Origin: the human T2T-CHM13v2.0 reference genome, Homo sapiens
Assembly: GCF_009914755.1 (NCBI RefSeq)
Contig: NC_060939.1
Length of the DNA stretch: 64,000 nt
Reading direction: 5' to 3' (one strand)
Positions 59,401 through 64,000 of the stretch are shown here, piece after piece. The notes under the pieces were generated by a model. The model did no database searches and was not told the origin of the DNA. It saw nothing but the letters and a program-made list of their open reading frames with translations. Position 1 is the first letter of the stretch. Each line of letters opens with the position of its first letter. The translations under genes were made by a program, and so were the position numbers.

Positions 59401-60780
59401 CCATTCCATTCCATTTCATTCCGTTCCATTCCACTCGTGTCCATTCCACTCCAGTCCATTCCATTCGTGTCCATTCCATTCCAGTCCATTCCATTTGTGT
59501 CCACTGCATTCCATTCCACTCCATTCCATATTATTCCATTACACTCCATTCCATTCTATTACTTTCATTTCCATTCAATTCCATTCCATTTGATTCCATT
59601 CCACTCGGTTTCATTCCATTTGAGTCCACTCCATTCCATTCCATTCCATTCCATTCAGTTCCATTCCATTCCTTTCCATTACATTCCATTCCATTCGGTA
59701 CCATTCCATATTGTTCCATTCGATTCCATTCGAATCCATTCCATTCCAGTCCATTCCATTCGATTCCATTCCATTCATTTCAATTCCATTCCATTCCATT
59801 CCATTCCATTCCACTTGATTCCTCTCCATTCCCTTCCACTGCATTCCGTTCGATTCCATTCCATTGCATTGCATTCCATTCCTTTGGATTGCATTCCATT
59901 CGATTCCATTCCATCGAATCAATTACATAGCAATCCATTACATTCGAGTCTATTCTATTCCGTTCCATTCGATTTCGTTCCAATCCATTCGATTCCATTC
60001 CATTCGATTCCATTCCATACTATTGCATTCCATTCGATTACATTATATTCGAATAAGTTCCATTCAAGACCATTTCTTTTGAGTCCATTCTATTTGAGTC
60101 CATTCCCTTTGATTCCATAACATTTGAGTCCATTCAATTCCATTCCTTTCGTTTCCATTGCATTTGATGCCATTCCATTCAATTCTGTTCTACTCGACTC
60201 CAATACATTCAATTCCATTCCATCCGATTCCATTACATTCTTTTCATTTCTTATCCATTTCAAGCCATTCCACTCCATTCCATTCCACTCGTTTCCTTTC
60301 CATTCGAGTCCATTCCTCTCCAGTCCATTCCGTTCAATCCATTCCATTCCAGTCCATTCCATTCGAGTCCGTTCCATTCCAGTCCATTCCATTCGAGTCA
60401 ATTCCATCCCATTCGATGTCTTTCCATAACGATCTATTCCATTCTATTCCTTTCGATTCCATTCCATTCTATTTCATTCCATTCGATTCCCTTCCATTGG
60501 ACTCCTTTCCATTCGAGTGCATTCCATTCCGTTCCATTTCTTTCCGTTCTGTACGATTCCTACCGTTCGATTTCATTTTGTTCCAGTCCATTCCTTTCGC
60601 GTCCATTCCATTCCATTTCACTCCATTCGATTCCATTCCACTCGATTCCACTTCGTTCCATTTCATTGCATTCCATTCTATTCAACTCTATTGCCTTCCA
60701 TTCCATTCCATTCGATTACATTCCATGCGATTCCATTCGAAATCGAATCAATTACATTGCAATCCATTACTATTGAGTCC

Positions 60781-62360
60781 ATTTTATTCCAGTCCACTGC
60801 ATTCTGGTCCATTCCATTTGATTCCATTCCATTCTATTCCATTCCATACAGTTGCATTCCATTGAACTCCATTGTATATCTATAAATTCAATTCGAGACC
60901 ATTGCTTTTGAGTCCATTCTATATGATTCCATTCCATTCAAGTCCATTACATTTGGTTCAATTCCATTCCATTCCATTCCCTTCCATTCCATTCCAGTTG
61001 ATATCAATCCATTCGATTCCATTCCATTCGAGCACATTCCATTCGAGTCCATTCCATTCGATGCCATTCCATTTGATTCTATTCCATTAGTCTCCATTCA
61101 ATTCCATTAATCTCCATTCCATTCCATTCTACTCCAACTGATTCCATTCCATTCTATTCCTTTTCATTCCATTTCATTCCATTCCATTCCATTTCATTCC
61201 ATTCCATTCCATTCCATTCCATTCGCTTCCATTCCATTCGTGTCCATTGCATTCCAGTCCATTCCATTTGTGTCCACTGCATTCCATTCCACTCCATTCC
61301 ATATTATTCCATTACACTCCATTCCATTCTATTACTTTCATTTCCATTGAATTCCATTCCATTTGATTCCATTCCACTCGGTTTCATTCCATTTGAGTCC
61401 ACTCCACTCCATTCCATTCCATTCCATTCCATTCAGTTCCATTCCATTCTGTTCCATTCCATTCCGTTCCATTGCATTCCATTCCATTCGGTACCATTCC
61501 ATATTGTTCCATTCGATTCCATTCGAATCCATTCCATTCCAGTCCATTCCATTCGATTCCATTCCATTCCTTTCAATTCCATTCCATTCCATTCCATTCC
61601 ACTTGATTCCACTCCATTCCCTTCCACTGCATTCCATTGCATTGCATTCCATTCCATTGGACTGCATTCCATTCGATTCCATTCCATTCGAATCAATTAC
61701 ATAGCAATCCATTACATTCGAGTCTATTCTATTCCGTTCCATTCGATTTCGTTCCAATCCATTCGATTCCATTCCATTCGATTCCATTCCATACTATTGC
61801 ATTCCATTCTATTACATTATATTCGAAAAAGTTCCATTCAAGACCATTTCTTTTGAGTCCATTCTATTTGAGTCCATTCCCTTTGATTCCATAACATTTG
61901 AGTCCATTCAATTCCATTCCTTTCGTTTCCATTCCATTTGATGCCATTCCATTCAATTCTGTTCTACTCGACTCCAATACATTCAATTCCATTCCATCCG
62001 ATTCCATTACATTCTTTTCATTTCTTATCCATTTCAAGCCATTCCACTCCATTCCATTCCACTCGTTTCCTTTCCATTCGAGTCCATTCCTCTCCAGTCC
62101 ATTCCGTTCAATCCATTCCATTCCAGTCCATTCCATTCGAGTCTGTTCCATTCCAGTCCATTCCATTCGAGTCAATTCCATCCCATTCGATGTCTTTCCA
62201 TAACGATCCATTCCATTCTATTCCTTTCGATTCCATTCCATTCTATTTCATTCCATTCGATTCCCTTCCATTGGACTCCTTTCCATTCGAGTGCATTCCA
62301 TTCCGTTCCATTTCTTTCCGTTCTGTACGATTCCTACCGTTCGATTTCATTTTCTTCCAG
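60781..62360 (+). repeat. Diverged subtype C segment, copy 3
   Basis: Same private states at offset 14360 from copy 2. Shares ATTGAACTCC and CGAAAAAG with copy 2 and TTCTTCCAG with copy 1. Confidence 0.85.
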
Positions 62361-64000
62361 TCCATTCTTTCGCGTCCATTCCATTCCATTTCACTCCATT
62401 CGATTCCATTCCACTCGATTCCACTTCGTTCCATTTCATTGCATTCCATTCTATTCAACTCTATTGCCTTCCATTCCATTCCATTCGATTACATTCCATG
62501 CGATTCCATTCGAAATCGAATCAATTACATTGCAATCCATTACTATTGAGTCCGTTTTATTCCAGTCCACTGCATTCTGGTCCATTCCATTTGATTCCAT
62601 TCCATTCTATTCCATTCCATACAGTTGCATTCCATTGGATTCCATGCTATATCTATAAATTCAATTCGAGACCATTGCTTTTGAGTCCATTCTATATGAT
62701 TCCATTCCATTCAAGTCCATTACATTTGGTTAAATTCCATTCCATTCGGTTCAATTCCATTCCATTCCATTCCCTTCCATTCCATTCCAGTTGATATCAA
62801 TCCATTCGATTCCATTCCATTCGAGCACATTCCATTCGAGTCCATTCCATTCGATGCCATTCCATTTGATTCTATTCCATTAGTCTCCATTCAATTCCAT
62901 TAATCTCCATTCCATTCCATTCTACTCCAACTGATTCCATTCCATTCTATTCCTTTCCATTCCATTTCATTCCATTCCATTCCATTCCATTCCATTCCAT
63001 TCCATTCCATTCGTGTCCATTCCACTCCAGTCCATTCCATTCGTATCCATTCCATTCCAGTCCATTCCATTTGTGTCCACTGCATTCCATTCCACTCCAT
63101 TCCATATTATTCCATTACACTCCATTCCATTCTATTACTTTAATTTCCATTCAATTCCATTCCATTTGATTCCATTCCACTCGGTTTCATTCCATTTGAG
63201 TCCACTCCATTCCATTCCATTCCATTCAGTTCCATTCCATTCTGTTCCATTCCATTCCGTTCCGTTACATTCCATTCCATTCGGTACCATTCCATATTGT
63301 TCCATTCGATTCCATTCGAATCCATTCCATTCCAGTCCATTCCATTCGATTCCATTCCATTCATTTCAATTCCATTCCATTCCATTCCATTACATTCCAC
63401 TTGATTCCTCTCCATTCACTTCCACTGCATTCCGTTCGATTCCATTCCATTGCATTGCATTCCATTCCATTGGATTGCATTCCATTCGATTCCATTCCAT
63501 TCGAATCAATTACATAGCAATCCATTACATTCGAGTCTATTCTCTTCCGTTCCATTCGATTTCGTTCCAATCCATTCGATTCCATTCCATTCGATTCCAT
63601 TCCATACTATTGCATTCCATTCGATTACATTATATTCGAATAAGTTCCATTCAAGACCATTTCTTTTGAGTCCATTCTATTTGAGTCCATTCCCTTTGAT
63701 TCCATAACATTTGAGTCCATTCAATTCCATTCCTTTCGTTTCCATTCCATTTGATGCCATTCCATTCAATTCTGTTCTACTCGACTCCAATACATTCAAT
63801 TCCATTCCATCCGATTCCATTACATTCTTTTCATTTCTTATCCATTTCAAGCCATTCCACTCCATTCCATTCCACTCGTTTCCTTTCCATTCGAGTCCAT
63901 TCCTCTCCAGTCCATTCCGTTCAATCCATTCCATTCCAGTCCATTCCATTCGAGTCCGTTCCATTCCAGTCCATTCCATTCGAGTCAATTCCATTCCATT

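Larger units (their letters stand above)
1..62822 (+). repeat. Tandem ~1.8 kb unit, 35 complete copies (partial 36th at 62823-64000)
   Basis: Landmark GAGCACAT recurs at 1, 1795, 3589, 5383, 7177, 8971, 10765, 12574, 14328, 16122, 17896, 19705, 21519, 23327, 25130, 26929, 28737, 30545, 32339, 34132, 35945, 37738, 39531, 41324, 43117, 44891, 46670, 48463, 50256, 52064, 53872, 55680, 57473, 59252, 61030, 62823 (units 1-36). Lengths 1754-1814 bp, mean about 1795. The ORF track repeats with the same period. Confidence 0.97.
1..64000 (+). repeat. Satellite III (HSat3) pericentromeric array, (CATTC)n on + / (GGAAT)n on -
   Basis: Continuous diverged CATTC pentamers (variants GATTC, CATTT, GAGTC, CAGTC, CACTC, TATTC) from first to last base. 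+ strand is C/T-rich and G-poor. Long pure CATTC runs and no HSat2-type CATCATCGAATGG motif seen. Confidence 0.97.
1..64000. repeat. Probable D15Z1 / HSat3A5-type 1.8 kb KpnI Satellite III array (chromosome 15 short arm)
   Basis: Seen: 1.8 kb period with a single GGTACC per unit (first at 461-466). Known: D15Z1 was defined as a 1.8 kb KpnI Sat III repeat of chr15 heterochromatin, whereas DYZ1 on Y has a ~3.5 kb unit. Not confirmed by alignment, and related arrays on other acrocentrics or in apes are not excluded. Confidence 0.7.
21421..64000 (+). repeat. Subtype B-dominated domain (units mostly 1793 or 1808 bp) with interspersed A-like and subtype C segments
   Basis: Diagnostic states: 20-bp duplication TTTGGTT(C/A)AATTCCATTCCA-TTCGGTTCAATTCCATTCCA (first at 21421-21460), CCAGTTGATATC, CGTATCC, one pentamer fewer before CAGTT, 1-bp deletion giving ATTCTTTCGCG (first near 22871). 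Confidence 0.85.

Noticed and set aside
59911-59920. 1-bp deletion that fuses frames into a 227 aa ORF
   Set aside because: Singleton absent from the twin unit 26, so a private mutation or consensus error. The ORF is still a pentamer translation.
186-63994. Hundreds of ORFs (HSIPF-rich on +, MEWNG-rich on -), up to 325 aa
   Set aside because: A CATTC repeat has no stop codon in any frame on either strand, so these peptides are the direct translation of the pentamer. ORF ends shift freely with 1- and 5-bp indels and show no domain or coding constraint.
1-64000. CRISPR-like or other repeat-spacer system
   Set aside because: No unique spacers and no cas-like ORFs. All sequence recurs every ~1.8 kb.
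1-64000. Strand inversion or embedded Alu/L1 insertion
   Set aside because: No GGAAT runs on +, no poly(A) tails or G-rich islands, and unit spacing leaves no room for an insertion.
1-64000. Assignment to DYZ1 (Y) or to the 1.8 kb HSat2 array of chromosome 1
   Set aside because: The period is not ~3.5 kb and EcoRI sites are sporadic rather than once per unit. HSat2-type motifs are not seen and pure CATTC runs dominate.

Overview
The whole window is one uninterrupted block of (CATTC)n/(GGAAT)n pentamer satellite, i.e. human/hominid Satellite III (HSat3), with the C-rich strand on + throughout and no inversion, transposon, gene or unique sequence. The diverged pentamers form a ~1.8 kb head-to-tail unit: 35 complete copies of 1754-1814 bp plus a partial 36th, nearly all with one KpnI and one EcoRV site. 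A 1.8 kb KpnI Sat III unit fits the chromosome 15p D15Z1 (HSat3A5-type) array, but this assignment comes from recalled unit properties, not an alignment. All listed ORFs are artefacts of a stop-free pentamer. I found no new biological system. The real content is array architecture: a switch between two unit subtypes near 21.4 kb, a third diverged subtype recurring every 8 units, shared private variants at 3-, 4-, 8- and 16-unit offsets, chimeric units, and an old internal duplication within the unit. Comparisons were made by eye, so variant lists may be incomplete.
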